From positions 35,140 through 99,139 of the forward strand of contig JBKJPL010000036.1 of the NCBI GenBank assembly GCA_046595005.1: a stretch of 64,000 bases of DNA, read 5' to 3'. Shown in pieces: positions 46,349 through 56,323 of the stretch. The DNA is from Bacteriovoracaceae bacterium (GTDB lineage: Bacteria; Bdellovibrionota; Bacteriovoracia; Bacteriovoracales; Bacteriovoracaceae). Under the pieces are notes generated by a model that was not told where the DNA came from, ran no database searches, and worked only from the letters and a program-made list of their open reading frames with translations. Each line of letters opens with the position of its first letter. The stretch's first letter is position 1. A program made the position numbers and the translations under genes.

Positions 46349-47641
46349 CTATTTGTTGGGGATTCTCATGATGAATGAGGTCTGTCGATTCTGCGTATCC
46401 AGTTCAAAAGTCCCTTTATGTTGTTCAATAATTCCTTTCACTATTGATAATCCGAGGCCTGTCCCCTTGCCTACAGGCTTAGTCGTGAAAAATGGCTGCA
46501 TGATCTTATCCCGCAGCTCTGACGAAACACCCGGGCCTGAATCATTGATCCGGATTGTGACGGCCTTGGAATTTCCTTCTGCCAGAATCTCAATCACTTT
46601 TATCTCACTGTCTTCTACTGCATCAATTGCATTCGATAGAAGGTTCAGGACAGCGAGAGAAATACCCACAGGATGACAAAATATTTTCAGATCCGGGGGG
46701 ATTCTTAAATTAAGAGTGACTTCTTTTGCAACCAGCTTGGTTTGGCAAAGGGCGACGGTGTCCTCAACGATACTAAGAACGGAAGAATTAGTTTTATCAT
46801 CCAGGCTCCCTTCGCGCGCAAAGAATCTCAGGCCTTTGACAATTTTCTCCATTCGAAGAGACGTCTCCTGAATGTTATCAATAATTCTGCTTAGTGATTG
46901 AGGATCAAGAGTGCCGGTTTCGTCTCGTTTTTTTGCCTCATAGGAAAGTCCAAGTATGATCGCCAGGGGATTATTAATTTCATGGGCAATTGATCCCGCC
47001 ATTTCACCGAGACTTGCCATCTTTGAAGCATAAGCGGCCCGCGCTCTTTGCTCTTCAAGTTCCTGCGTGCGCTTTTCAACGAGATTCTCGAGATTTTGAT
47101 TCATCTCTTCCAGTGCCTTCAGCGCTTCAATTCTATCCCGCGCCATGAGGGCCCTGGATATGATATCAGAAACGTTACCGGCAAATAACTCGTCGGAGCC
47201 TTCCCATTCCAGAGAAGCGCCCACAGATTCACAACAGATAACACCTATCGTTTTTCCCTGAAGCCGAACGGGGGCATCCAGCATCGAAAAAATGTTATTT
47301 GGGATAAGGTAGCTTTCTGTAAATTCAAATGTCGCAGAATTTGTTCGGGCATTATTCGCGGGAAGAGTTCTCTCTTCAGAAAGATATTTGAAATAAGCAG
47401 GAAAATCTTTAGCAAAAAGTTCTCCACCCGCAGAGTGCGACCTGGTACTCAGCTGGTAAAGATTTTTGCAGATGATGGAATCTTCCTGAGGTCCGTAAAG
47501 CCAGATACTGGTCCTGTCAACTCCGAGGCCTTCAGCAAGTGCCTCAGTAACTTCACGAAAAGTTTCCGGAAGATCACCATTATCCACACAGGAAAGTTTT
47601 GAGAGTTGTAGAAGAATAAGATTACGGTTGTCCCTGTTCAA
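46349..47641 (-). CDS. Cytoplasmic GAF-domain sensor histidine kinase
   Basis: GVDRTSIWL, SMLDAPV, GVICCE GAF motifs; IAHEINNPL, NLLSNAIDA, PFFTTKPVGKGTGLGL. Confidence 0.93.
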   Translation of the reverse strand: MNRDNRNLILLQLSKLSCVDNGDLPETFREVTEALAEGLGVDRTSIWLYGPQEDSIICKNLYQLSTRSHSAGGELFAKDFPAYFKYLSEERTLPANNARTNSATFEFTESYLIPNNIFSMLDAPVRLQGKTIGVICCESVGASLEWEGSDELFAGNVSDIISRALMARDRIEALKALEEMNQNLENLVEKRTQELEEQRARAAYASKMASLGEMAGSIAHEINNPLAIILGLSYEAKKRDETGTLDPQSLSRIIDNIQETSLRMEKIVKGLRFFAREGSLDDKTNSSVLSIVEDTVALCQTKLVAKEVTLNLRIPPDLKIFCHPVGISLAVLNLLSNAIDAVEDSEIKVIEILAEGNSKAVTIRINDSGPGVSSELRDKIMQPFFTTKPVGKGTGLGLSIVKGIIEQHKGTFELDTQNRQTSFIMRIPNK

Positions 47642-47817
47642 ATGCTCTCCGAGTTCTTGTTCCAGTCACTGTAGATAAGATATCGCAGGATTGGTAAAAT
47701 TTTATTTAAGAAACCTTATTATGTAGATAACTGCACAAATCCTCCAAAATTACTTGGCAGTTCGACTTATGTATTGATAATTCTTATCCTAACGCAACTT
47801 TAGTTAGGGGATTACCT

Positions 47818-48633
47818 ATGAGTATTACGTTTAAGGACCTGGAAAACTTCATCACTGTCGCAAAGTCCCGGACTTTGTCTGAAGCCTCCGAAAAGCTTGA
47901 AATGGCGCAGCCTTCTTTGTCACTGGGAATAAAGAAAATGGAAACTGAACTTGGAATTTCACTCTTTACCCGTGGAAGAAGCGGCATCAAGCTGACGCCG
48001 CAGGGAAAAACAATTCTTCCTGAAGCGGAAATGGCACTGCAGATACTTAATCGAATTAAAGGTGCGCCAAAAAATCTTCGCTTCAGAATCGGATGTCACC
48101 CGTCAGTAGGAATGTTTCTTCTGGGAGAATTTCTCAGATCTTTAAACAAGATTGCTCCGGCACTTGATGTTGATATCGTGAACGGATCTTCACATGACAT
48201 AAACAAGCGAGTCGCACTTGGGGAAATTGATTTCGGAATCGTCATGAACCCTCTACCTATCCCGGGGCTTGTGACAAAGTTCATCGGTGAAGATGAGGTC
48301 TTTGTCTGGGAATCAAAAAATCGTTACAGCGATCGACTCATTTATAACCCTGATATGATCCAGGCAAATTCCATTCTTTCCAGATGGAAAGACTCACCGG
48401 CAACAAGAGTTGAAGTTCCTAATCTTGAGCTGATTGCAAATCTGGTAGAAGCCGGTGGAGGATACGGGATTATCCCCTCTCAGGTCGTGAAAGCACAAAG
48501 ACTTGTACTCAAGAAAGTTCCGTCAACTCCGGTTTACAAAGATCGCCTCGCAGTCGTCTGTTTTCCGGAAATGCTGAAAGCGCCTGAAGGAAAAATTATT
48601 TTTGAAGAGCTGAAAAAATCTTATAAGGGCTAA
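47818..48633 (+). CDS. LysR-family transcriptional regulator
   Basis: LSEASEKLEMAQPSLSLGIKKMETELG..LFTR...LTPQG HTH. Confidence 0.93.
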   Translation: MSITFKDLENFITVAKSRTLSEASEKLEMAQPSLSLGIKKMETELGISLFTRGRSGIKLTPQGKTILPEAEMALQILNRIKGAPKNLRFRIGCHPSVGMFLLGEFLRSLNKIAPALDVDIVNGSSHDINKRVALGEIDFGIVMNPLPIPGLVTKFIGEDEVFVWESKNRYSDRLIYNPDMIQANSILSRWKDSPATRVEVPNLELIANLVEAGGGYGIIPSQVVKAQRLVLKKVPSTPVYKDRLAVVCFPEMLKAPEGKIIFEELKKSYKG

Positions 48634-49061
48634 GATTTGTAAGTGAGAAGAATTTTTCCAAATTCACTGGATGGTTCCACTTCATAGTGTTCATCATTAA
48701 GAGCAGCTTTGATGGCCCTATCGATACCAGTAAACTGAGGCTTGAAAAAAAAATCCATCGCTCCGAGTTTTACAGCTTCATGAATGGTCTTAGGACTATT
48801 TTCGGCAGAAAAGAAAATGAAAGCGGTATTCATGCCCCTTAAACGCATCATCCTCAGCACTTCGAGTCCACTCATTCGGGGGAGATTCATGTCACAGAGG
48901 ATACAATCAGGTTTTTCTGAATCTAATATCTTTAGAGCTTCCGGAGCAGTCTCAACAACAGTGATCTTTTCAGCAAGGCCTGCGAACATGAATGAGAGGA
49001 CATTCAAAAGATGAGATTCGTCGTCAATGATAAGCAGATGACCTTTTTTCATATCACTCAA
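48630..49061 (-). CDS. Single-domain response regulator
   Basis: IIDDE, CDMNLPRMSG, FSA, FKP. Confidence 0.88.
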   Translation of the reverse strand: MSDMKKGHLLIIDDESHLLNVLSFMFAGLAEKITVVETAPEALKILDSEKPDCILCDMNLPRMSGLEVLRMMRLRGMNTAFIFFSAENSPKTIHEAVKLGAMDFFFKPQFTGIDRAIKAALNDEHYEVEPSSEFGKILLTYKS

Positions 49062-50968
49062 AGCTTAGTTTCAAGCTCCGCCCATTCTTCAAAAAGACCT
49101 TCAAGCCGCTTCTCGAGGGAATCGAGCAAGGTTTGTGATTCCTGAACTTTCTTTTTGTCGTAGTTCTTAGAATAGTCTACGGCACCGAGTTCAGCTTTTA
49201 CTTTCGAAATTCTTGCCTCAAGTTTTTCAATCTCTGGTCCCAATTCATTGTAACGATTTCTTTCCTTGTTACTCATGCGACTGGAATCTGCTTTCTTCAT
49301 TTCGGGCGGCGGAGTTTTCTTCTTCAACTCTTCTTCAAGATGAATCGCCTCAAGGAACAACTGCGCCTGAGAGAATCCTGCTTCGAATTTCTCGAGCTGA
49401 CCCTCATGAAGAACCCAGCACTTTTCAGTAACGTTATCAATGAAACTTCTATCGTGACCTACGATAATAAGAGCACCTTCATAGGTACGTAATTCCTCTT
49501 CCAGAATACCGATGGTCTCAAGATCGAGATCGTTGGTCGGCTCATCGAAAATCCAGATGTCTCGCGCGTGCTTCATGAACTGAGCGAGCTGAAGGCGGTT
49601 CTTCTCTCCACCGGAGAAAGTATGGATCGGACGCTTGATCTCATCTGATGAAAAGAGGAAGTTCTCGAGGTAACTGGCCACATGGCGCTTTTCACCGGTA
49701 TTCGAGATAACAAAATCAATCCCCTCTCCGATCATCGTCCATGGAGTCTCGTTATCTTTCAGCGCCTCACGTTTTTGTGAGAAATAGCCAACATCAAGGG
49801 TCTCGGGTGTGGTTACTTTGCCTGAAGTCTGCTCGAGTTCTCCCAGGATAATTTTCAGGAGAGAACTTTTCCCGGTACCATTTCTTCCCATGAGTGCAAT
49901 CTTATCACCCTTGGCAATTGAGAAGTTCAGATCTTTAAAGAGCTCACGATCTCCGAACTTAAGTCCCAGGTCTTCGGCCTTCACCAGTATCTTGGTCTTT
50001 CTTCCTGATGCCTGAAGATTCAGAGACACTGATTTATGCGCCTGGGCCTTGAGATCCTGAATGGCCTTATTAAGAGTGCCGTAATCTTCGATACGCTTTT
50101 TAGATTTCGTTCTTCGCGCTTTCGCCCCTCTTCTGATCCAGGCGGTTTCGCGGCGATTGTAGTTTGAAAGTTTATCGAGTTCTTTTTCACGGCGCTTCTG
50201 ATCATCAATCAGAAAATCCAGATAACCTTCATAGGTTCCTGTGAATGAACGGAGCTTTCCCTGCTGAATATGAATTATCCGGTCAACGACATTGCTCAGT
50301 AAGCTTCTGTCGTGAGAGATGATCATGAAGGTCTTTCTTGATCCGGTAAGCTCATCTTCAAAATCTTCGATCGTTTCAAGATCAAGGTGGTTGGTAGGCT
50401 CATCCCAGAGTATAAGTTCCTGCGGAGCAGATAATCCCAGCGAGAGAGCAACTTTTCTTTGCTCACCACCTGAGAGAGTTATCATCTGGCGATCAAGATT
50501 CACGACACCGAAAAACTTGAGATAACTCACATACTGGGCATGAACTTTATCTTCACCAAGCTTTGTGAGCTCATCATAAATATGGGACTGCTGAACCACG
50601 AGCTTCTCGAAATCACCTTCTCCCGTTGAAAGCTTCGTATCAATGACGATAAGCTTTTTCTTGAGCTCGCGCATGACGGGGTAGAATTCGTAAAAATAAT
50701 TCTCAATATCCCAGTCCCCGAGTGCCGGAAGTTCCTGTGGTACGTAGAAATAGGAAAAATCCTTATTTTTGTCGTAGATAAAGGGAGGAACCGATTTATC
50801 AGGAGTCACAACTCCCGCAATCACTTTGAAAAGCGATGATTTACCGTGTCCATTAAGACCAAGAACACCAATTTTGTCGCCCTGATTGAGCGTAAAGGTG
50901 ACATCTTTAAAGATCGTCTTATGGGGATAATGGAGATTGAGATTTTGAAGAGTGAGAAGAGTTGTCAT
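49058..50968 (-). CDS. uup: ABC-F family ATPase Uup
   Basis: Two ABC cassettes (GLNGHGKSS, GRNGTGKSS), ETAWIRRGAKARRTKSKKRI linker, C-terminal coiled coil ending EEWAELE. Confidence 0.88.
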   Translation of the reverse strand: MTTLLTLQNLNLHYPHKTIFKDVTFTLNQGDKIGVLGLNGHGKSSLFKVIAGVVTPDKSVPPFIYDKNKDFSYFYVPQELPALGDWDIENYFYEFYPVMRELKKKLIVIDTKLSTGEGDFEKLVVQQSHIYDELTKLGEDKVHAQYVSYLKFFGVVNLDRQMITLSGGEQRKVALSLGLSAPQELILWDEPTNHLDLETIEDFEDELTGSRKTFMIISHDRSLLSNVVDRIIHIQQGKLRSFTGTYEGYLDFLIDDQKRREKELDKLSNYNRRETAWIRRGAKARRTKSKKRIEDYGTLNKAIQDLKAQAHKSVSLNLQASGRKTKILVKAEDLGLKFGDRELFKDLNFSIAKGDKIALMGRNGTGKSSLLKIILGELEQTSGKVTTPETLDVGYFSQKREALKDNETPWTMIGEGIDFVISNTGEKRHVASYLENFLFSSDEIKRPIHTFSGGEKNRLQLAQFMKHARDIWIFDEPTNDLDLETIGILEEELRTYEGALIIVGHDRSFIDNVTEKCWVLHEGQLEKFEAGFSQAQLFLEAIHLEEELKKKTPPPEMKKADSSRMSNKERNRYNELGPEIEKLEARISKVKAELGAVDYSKNYDKKKVQESQTLLDSLEKRLEGLFEEWAELETKL

Positions 50969-51008
50969 ATTCTGGGACTATAACTCTTCTCACCCGATGT
51001 GTTAAGGA

Positions 51009-51338
51009 TTACTGAGCTTCTGAAATATCTACTTTTGTCTGATACACCGCCGGTCCGTCCGCATAAGTCGGAGTGAGATCTTCAAGAACCGTCACTATAG
51101 CATTGGCCGGGAGACAATGGCAGTGACGCCCATAACGAAGCACATACTTCGTAACACCCGGTCTGATGGTTTTAGCAGTCATGTCATTCAGACCCATAAT
51201 GTTGGCGTTGCTGAGCTTAGTGACAACCTCGGGATTGTTCATAAGAATACGGTTCAGGGTAGCAACTTCATCTGAAATCGGTGCCGCAAAGACAGAAAAA
51301 GCAGAAAGCATGAGGGTAGCGATAATAAAGTTTTTCAT
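51009..51338 (-). CDS. Small secreted hypothetical protein with an HCHC motif
   Basis: Start re-called at MKNF (51338) behind an AGGAGG SD; signal peptide; RHCHCLPA. Confidence 0.75.
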   Translation of the reverse strand: MKNFIIATLMLSAFSVFAAPISDEVATLNRILMNNPEVVTKLSNANIMGLNDMTAKTIRPGVTKYVLRYGRHCHCLPANAIVTVLEDLTPTYADGPAVYQTKVDISEAQ

Positions 51339-51358
51339 AAGTCCTCCTGGATTAATAA

Positions 51359-51679
51359 GTGCCCGGTCTAGCATGGTTCCTGATTCCCTGGATGGTTTCG
51401 TGTGGAAGTGTGAAAAAAGCTCCCTCTCAAAATATGGAAATTTGGACGGGCGAAAGCCGGGAAGAGGTTAAATCAGCGTTTTCCCACCTGACTCCCAAAA
51501 CCGAAGATAACAAAATCACCTATCGGGACACTGATCCCATCCCATCATCAAGCAGATGCGCTGTGTTTGATTGTTATCCGTGGACTTTCGGCCTTCGGAT
51601 AAACTGCACTTATGTCTTTAAATTTGAGGATGAGAAAGTTGTGAAAGCAACCAGAGAGGGTAATTGTAGGGAGAAATGA
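51359..51679 (+). CDS. Small hypothetical lipoprotein
   Basis: VSC lipobox-like site; C-terminal CTYVFKFEDEKVVKATREGNC. Confidence 0.6.
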   Translation: MPGLAWFLIPWMVSCGSVKKAPSQNMEIWTGESREEVKSAFSHLTPKTEDNKITYRDTDPIPSSSRCAVFDCYPWTFGLRINCTYVFKFEDEKVVKATREGNCREK

Positions 51680-51708
51680 GAATTGCCCTTTTCAAGTTTA
51701 GTATCGGG

Positions 51709-52134
51709 CTAACTGCCGTAATAATTGAACTTGGGAACCAAAGTGCTTAGACAAGATTTGTAGTCTGCAACGGTAATAGGTTTTTCAAGATACTTTTTGA
51801 ACAACCCGTCAGGCTTCAGTTCTGAAAGGAAACTTTGTAACGGGCATAGAAATAAATTTGTATCAAATCGTCTGCCTGTTTGATCATGAACCATGTCACA
51901 TGATTTATTCAGAACAGACCAATACTTAGAAGCGTATTTTTTTTCCGACAAGTACTGATTAATAAGGGGTTCAAAAGATGGAAAGTTTCGGAGGATCGAT
52001 TTAAAATCTGCTTTTCCTAAGCGAACAATATCACCTGTCCTCAGACCAGCATTATCGCCCTCGAAGTTTCTATACATAATAGAGCTATAATTTGAGAGTT
52101 GCTCAAAACGGGGATCGCCCGACTGAAATGACAT
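51709..52134 (-). CDS. Hypothetical protein, possibly truncated
   Basis: 141-aa ORF in a visibly AT-richer patch; GDIVR...VLNKSCDM...LFLCPL pattern. Confidence 0.6.
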   Translation of the reverse strand: MSFQSGDPRFEQLSNYSSIMYRNFEGDNAGLRTGDIVRLGKADFKSILRNFPSFEPLINQYLSEKKYASKYWSVLNKSCDMVHDQTGRRFDTNLFLCPLQSFLSELKPDGLFKKYLEKPITVADYKSCLSTLVPKFNYYGS

Positions 52135-52137
52135 TCT

Positions 52138-52329
52138 CTATTTTGACTTAGAGGCTTTGTAATCAGCCCAGAAAGTAGAAAAAGATTCTTTTGACTTAAA
52201 AGATGAGATCGAAGTCTTGAGTTCTTTGATTTGCTTAGTGATGACCTCAGCTTTAGCTGAAGGCTGCTGCTTTTGAGGCTTAGAAGATTCTTTAACTTCT
52301 TTTTTCATAGGTAACTTCCTATTAGCCAA
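52138..52329 (-). CDS. Small Lys-rich hypothetical protein
   Basis: 63-aa ORF ending 3 nt before the start at 52134. Confidence 0.5.
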   Translation of the reverse strand: MANRKLPMKKEVKESSKPQKQQPSAKAEVITKQIKELKTSISSFKSKESFSTFWADYKASKSK

Positions 52330-52372
52330 TTCAAGCTTCTAGACAACAGATACATTAACCCGACGCTTATTA

Positions 52373-54205
52373 TCAACCGAAGAGATCTTTCATCGTATCG
52401 AACATTTTCATTTTAGACAGATGATTACGGATGAAGGCTTTATTCTCCGGCTTGTACCAGAAAAAGAAGTTCCGCTGCCTGGTCTTTTCATCGAGAGTAA
52501 TTGCCGTTTTTACTGGTTTGAGCGTGTAAGGATGGAAGCCCGAATAATAAATCTCGGTCGCCACTGTCATTGGTGTCGGTGTGAAATCCTGAATTTGCTC
52601 AAGCTTATATCCAAGAGACTTAGTCTTCACGGCGAGCTTCGCCATATCTTCAGGGGTGCAACCCGGGTGGCTTGAGATGAAGTACGGGATAATTTCCTGC
52701 CTCAAATTCTTTTTCTTCGACACTTCTTCAAATCGCTTCTTGAAAGTCTCAAAATAATGGAAAGCTGGCTTACGCATGAACTTCAGTACTTCATCTTCTG
52801 TATGCTCTGGAGCAACCTTGAGTCGTCCCGATACGTGATGGGTCACAAGCTGTTCAACGTAGGTTTCATCTTCTTTACTATGAGTAGAGCGCGGATCAAA
52901 CATGAGATCATAACGAAGGCCCGAAGATACAAAAGCTTTCTTCACTTTCGGATGCTTTGAAACATCCTTGTAAAGCTCAGTCATTTTCTGTGGACTGGTA
53001 TCGAGGTTATGGCAAATTTGCGGGAAGACGCACGAGGGAGCGGCACACTTATCACAGGTACTCTGATCAATCCCTTTCATCTGATACATATTTGCTGAAG
53101 GACCGCCAAGATCTGAAAGATATCCCTTGAAGTCAGGCATCTTCACTATCTCATCAACTTCTTTCATGATGGATGTTTTAGAACGTGAAGCGATCATCTT
53201 ACCCTGGTGGGCAGAGATCGTGCAGAAGCTGCAACCTCCGAAACAACCCCGGTGTGTATTCACTGAAAACTTAATCATCTCAAAGGCCGCGATCGGTCCC
53301 CTGTCTTTATACTTCGGATGCGGCAGACGCGTATACGGAAGATCAAACGAGGCATCGATCTCTTTTTCCGTCATCGTCTGATAAGGAGGATTAATAACGA
53401 GAGTCTTTCCTTCTACTTTTTGAGTGAGGCGCTTGGCAAACTGCTTATTACTCTCCACTTCAACATGCATGAAGTTTCTGGAGTATTTTTTTTTGTCTTC
53501 AAGACACTCTTCATGGCTAGTAAGCTCAAAAGTGTCCCACTGCTTGTTCTTCGGAAGGTCATCGCTTTCCAGGAGAAAAGCTGTCTGCGGAATAGTTTTT
53601 AGACTGTTGAACGGAGTTCCGCGCATAAGATACTTAACGATATCGCGGATAGGCTGCTCACCCATTCCGTAAACCAGCAGATCAGCTCCACTTGTGGAGA
53701 GAATATTTGGCATGAGCTTATCGGCCCAGAAATCATAATGAGTCACTCTCCGGAGAGAGGCCTCGATTCCACCAATCAGAACCGGGACATCAGGATAAAG
53801 TCTTTTCAGAGTCTGGGTGTAAACAGTTGTTGCGTAATCCGGGCGAAAATCAGGCGAGCCTCCCGGAGTGTAAGCATCTTCTGAGCGGAGACGTTTTCCC
53901 GCGGTGTACTTATTCACCATCGAGTCCATGTTACCGGAGGTCACACCGAAGAAATATTTCGGCTTACCAAATTTTTTGAAATCACGAAGATCATCGCGCC
54001 AGTTTGGCTGAGCGATGATAGCTACCTTGAGACCCAGTGATTCGAAGATCCGGCCCATGACAGCAGCACCAAATGCAGGATGATCCACATAAGCATCACC
54101 CGTAATCAAAACGACATCGAGCTCGTCCCAGCCGCGCTTCTCTGCTTCTTTTTTAGTAGTGGGGAGCCAGGCCGTTATCGGCAGCTCTCGGGGGTCGAAA
54201 GTCAT
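52373..54205 (-). CDS. ygiQ: YgiQ family (UPF0313) radical SAM protein
   Basis: GDAYVDHP, GGIEASLRR, HRGCFGGCSFC, DLGGPSANMY, LKVAPEH, PYFISSHPG, QDFTPTP. Confidence 0.95.
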   Translation of the reverse strand: MTFDPRELPITAWLPTTKKEAEKRGWDELDVVLITGDAYVDHPAFGAAVMGRIFESLGLKVAIIAQPNWRDDLRDFKKFGKPKYFFGVTSGNMDSMVNKYTAGKRLRSEDAYTPGGSPDFRPDYATTVYTQTLKRLYPDVPVLIGGIEASLRRVTHYDFWADKLMPNILSTSGADLLVYGMGEQPIRDIVKYLMRGTPFNSLKTIPQTAFLLESDDLPKNKQWDTFELTSHEECLEDKKKYSRNFMHVEVESNKQFAKRLTQKVEGKTLVINPPYQTMTEKEIDASFDLPYTRLPHPKYKDRGPIAAFEMIKFSVNTHRGCFGGCSFCTISAHQGKMIASRSKTSIMKEVDEIVKMPDFKGYLSDLGGPSANMYQMKGIDQSTCDKCAAPSCVFPQICHNLDTSPQKMTELYKDVSKHPKVKKAFVSSGLRYDLMFDPRSTHSKEDETYVEQLVTHHVSGRLKVAPEHTEDEVLKFMRKPAFHYFETFKKRFEEVSKKKNLRQEIIPYFISSHPGCTPEDMAKLAVKTKSLGYKLEQIQDFTPTPMTVATEIYYSGFHPYTLKPVKTAITLDEKTRQRNFFFWYKPENKAFIRNHLSKMKMFDTMKDLFG

Positions 54206-54269
54206 ATTGGGGGGAATTTAATCCTACATTTGGACTATGACAATGAAAGGGTATTTCTTACAGAGATAA

Positions 54270-55589
54270 TCAGGCCGGTTCTTTCACGTAGGTCAGGAAA
54301 CTTCCCTCGTAAATCGCCAGATACTCGGATAGTGGAGTCCCTTTATGGGTCCGGGAAACGTCCTGGAATACTTTCCAGAGATTATCCTTGGGATGGGTCA
54401 GAAGAGCGTAGGCAAGCTCCTGACTGGCAAATAGGCACTTAGAAAGATCGAGGAGGTCAGCATGAATCCCAACCGGGACATCAGTTCCGAAAAGGTCACC
54501 GTGATGCTGGCGGATGATGACGACCGACTCAGGAGTTCCGATCTTGTTAAGCTCAACCATTGAAGCAGAAAGCGAAGCATGCCCCTGGATCTCTTTGCGC
54601 TCTTCTTCGGGAAGAAGAGCAATGTCCTGATGATGACGGTAATGAAGGTGTTCAGGATTTCTCAAAGACATATCGCTGAAGAAAGCTGAGGTGATGACAT
54701 TTTTAATTTCATCCTGCTTGTGAGCACGCGAACGTCCATCAAGAATCTGAGTCGCAAGAAATGAAGTTAGCTGGATCATCCGGTAATTAAGATCAAGTTC
54801 CGGTTTCGACCTCAGATTCTGAAGGTAGCCGATAGCCTGAGCACCCTTCCCTTTCTGAACATCATCCATTACCTGGCCCATGAGGGTTTCACAGAGCTCG
54901 ATCACCCGGGTCTTGAGACCAATAGAAGCAACAATATCTCTGACCGTGCCAAAGACTTCGCTAGTTGCCTTCTCTTTCGCTTTAGGGGAATCGTAATCCA
55001 TCTCCACACGATTAATCATATTGTTCATGAGGATATTGGCAAAATCTTTTCCGAATCTTCTTTCAAAGAATAGCTCTTTCACGCCGCGAGTGCGGTAACT
55101 TTCAAGAACGTTCACATCAATTGCTTCAAAAGCAGGAATGCGCTTCACGAATTTTCCGACTGAAAGTTGAAGGAATAGTGAAAAAGGCATCACTTTAAAA
55201 TGGATGAGGCAATCAAGAGGAATACCGACATATCCGTCTTTTGAGACTTCTTTTTCTCCGAGAATATCTTTCAGATGCTTAAGTAGTGAGGGCCAGTCAG
55301 AAGATTGAAAAACCCTGGAGAAGCCCGGGGTATCTTTATCTGAAACTAAGAGCATGTGCGTGATCTGATCTTTTCTTTCCTCAACAAAACCAGAGAGTTT
55401 TTTGAGATCAGATAAGTCTTCCGGAGCATCAATCACAAGAACATCAATCTTGGGAAAAATATCGAGCATCGTCTCAAGTTCATCAACCGTATCGTAAAAA
55501 ACTGGAAAGCATTCCTTGATCTTAAGACATTCAACATCGAGGTATGAGCGGAACTCCGCCCGCTGGGTATAGACTAGAACCTGATTCAT
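54270..55589 (-). CDS. Degenerate HD-GYP-like signalling protein
   Basis: Receiver-like N-terminus lacking canonical residues; AFFSDM at the HD position, H...S, IRQHHG; no GYP. Confidence 0.65.
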   Translation of the reverse strand: MNQVLVYTQRAEFRSYLDVECLKIKECFPVFYDTVDELETMLDIFPKIDVLVIDAPEDLSDLKKLSGFVEERKDQITHMLLVSDKDTPGFSRVFQSSDWPSLLKHLKDILGEKEVSKDGYVGIPLDCLIHFKVMPFSLFLQLSVGKFVKRIPAFEAIDVNVLESYRTRGVKELFFERRFGKDFANILMNNMINRVEMDYDSPKAKEKATSEVFGTVRDIVASIGLKTRVIELCETLMGQVMDDVQKGKGAQAIGYLQNLRSKPELDLNYRMIQLTSFLATQILDGRSRAHKQDEIKNVITSAFFSDMSLRNPEHLHYRHHQDIALLPEEERKEIQGHASLSASMVELNKIGTPESVVIIRQHHGDLFGTDVPVGIHADLLDLSKCLFASQELAYALLTHPKDNLWKVFQDVSRTHKGTPLSEYLAIYEGSFLTYVKEPA

Positions 55590-55632
55590 AAGGAATTTTA
55601 TCGACCGTTTTGGTCCGAAACTTAAGGCGGAC

Positions 55633-55899
55633 TCAGCTAGGCTTCACAATACCCAGATATTGGAGCTTTTCTTTCCGGGTCAGTGACTTAAATGAGGCCT
55701 CGAATTTTGAAGCTTCCGAGCGGTTCTTAAAGCGTTTTTTAAAGATCATTTCCAAAGGAGCACTGGTCCTGAAAAACTTCGCTCCTTTTTTGCCCGAAGT
55801 ATGTTCACGCATCCGTCGTTCCAGATCAGTAGTGATGCCGGTGTAGAAATGCCCCTTCTCGGTCTTGATCACGTAGGCATACCAGGTCGATGTCTTCAT
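55633..55899 (-). CDS. GIY-YIG nuclease family protein (UPF0213)
   Basis: WYAYVI...FYTGITTDLERRMREH...GAKF, RSEASKFE. Confidence 0.92.
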   Translation of the reverse strand: MKTSTWYAYVIKTEKGHFYTGITTDLERRMREHTSGKKGAKFFRTSAPLEMIFKKRFKNRSEASKFEASFKSLTRKEKLQYLGIVKPS

Positions 55900-55915
55900 G
55901 TTATGATCTTACTCA

Positions 55916-56323
55916 ATGAGAGAGAAATTTGTTATTCCTTTTTCCGAGTTCACATTCAGCTATGCCCGGTCCGGTGGGGCCGGTGGGCAGAATGTGAATA
56001 AAGTAAATTCAAAGGTAAATCTCACATGGGATCTTCGTAACTCCCCTTCACTTCCCTGGGACGTAAAACTCAGATTCCGGGATCAATTCCGGAATTCGAT
56101 GAATGAAGAAGGTATTGTTCATATAACTTCAGAAAAAGAGCGGTCTCAGAAGGCCAACATCGATGATTGCATCAGGAAGCTTCACGAGATGATCGACAAA
56201 GTCGCCGTTCCTCCAAAGCCGAGGAAGAAAACCAAGCCGACTAAAAGTTCAGTGAAAAAACGCCTCGATTCCAAAAAACTTAATTCAAGCAAGAAGGAAT
56301 CGAGACGGAAGATTTCAGACTAA
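55916..56323 (+). CDS. arfB: Alternative ribosome rescue peptidyl-tRNA hydrolase ArfB
   Basis: RSGGAGGQNVNKVNSKV, ERSQKAN, and a basic tail RKKTKPTKSSVKKRLDSKK. Confidence 0.95.
   Translation: MREKFVIPFSEFTFSYARSGGAGGQNVNKVNSKVNLTWDLRNSPSLPWDVKLRFRDQFRNSMNEEGIVHITSEKERSQKANIDDCIRKLHEMIDKVAVPPKPRKKTKPTKSSVKKRLDSKKLNSSKKESRRKISD

Noticed and set aside
55633-55899. GIY-YIG gene as a homing endonuclease or mobile element
   Set aside because: The 88-aa stand-alone UPF0213 type has no DNA-binding extension, intron or flanking repeats
43122-56323. ABC-F pair plus arfB as a dedicated ribosome-protection or resistance island
   Set aside because: These are widespread housekeeping genes interspersed with unrelated genes, and neither ABC-F looks like an ARE subfamily member
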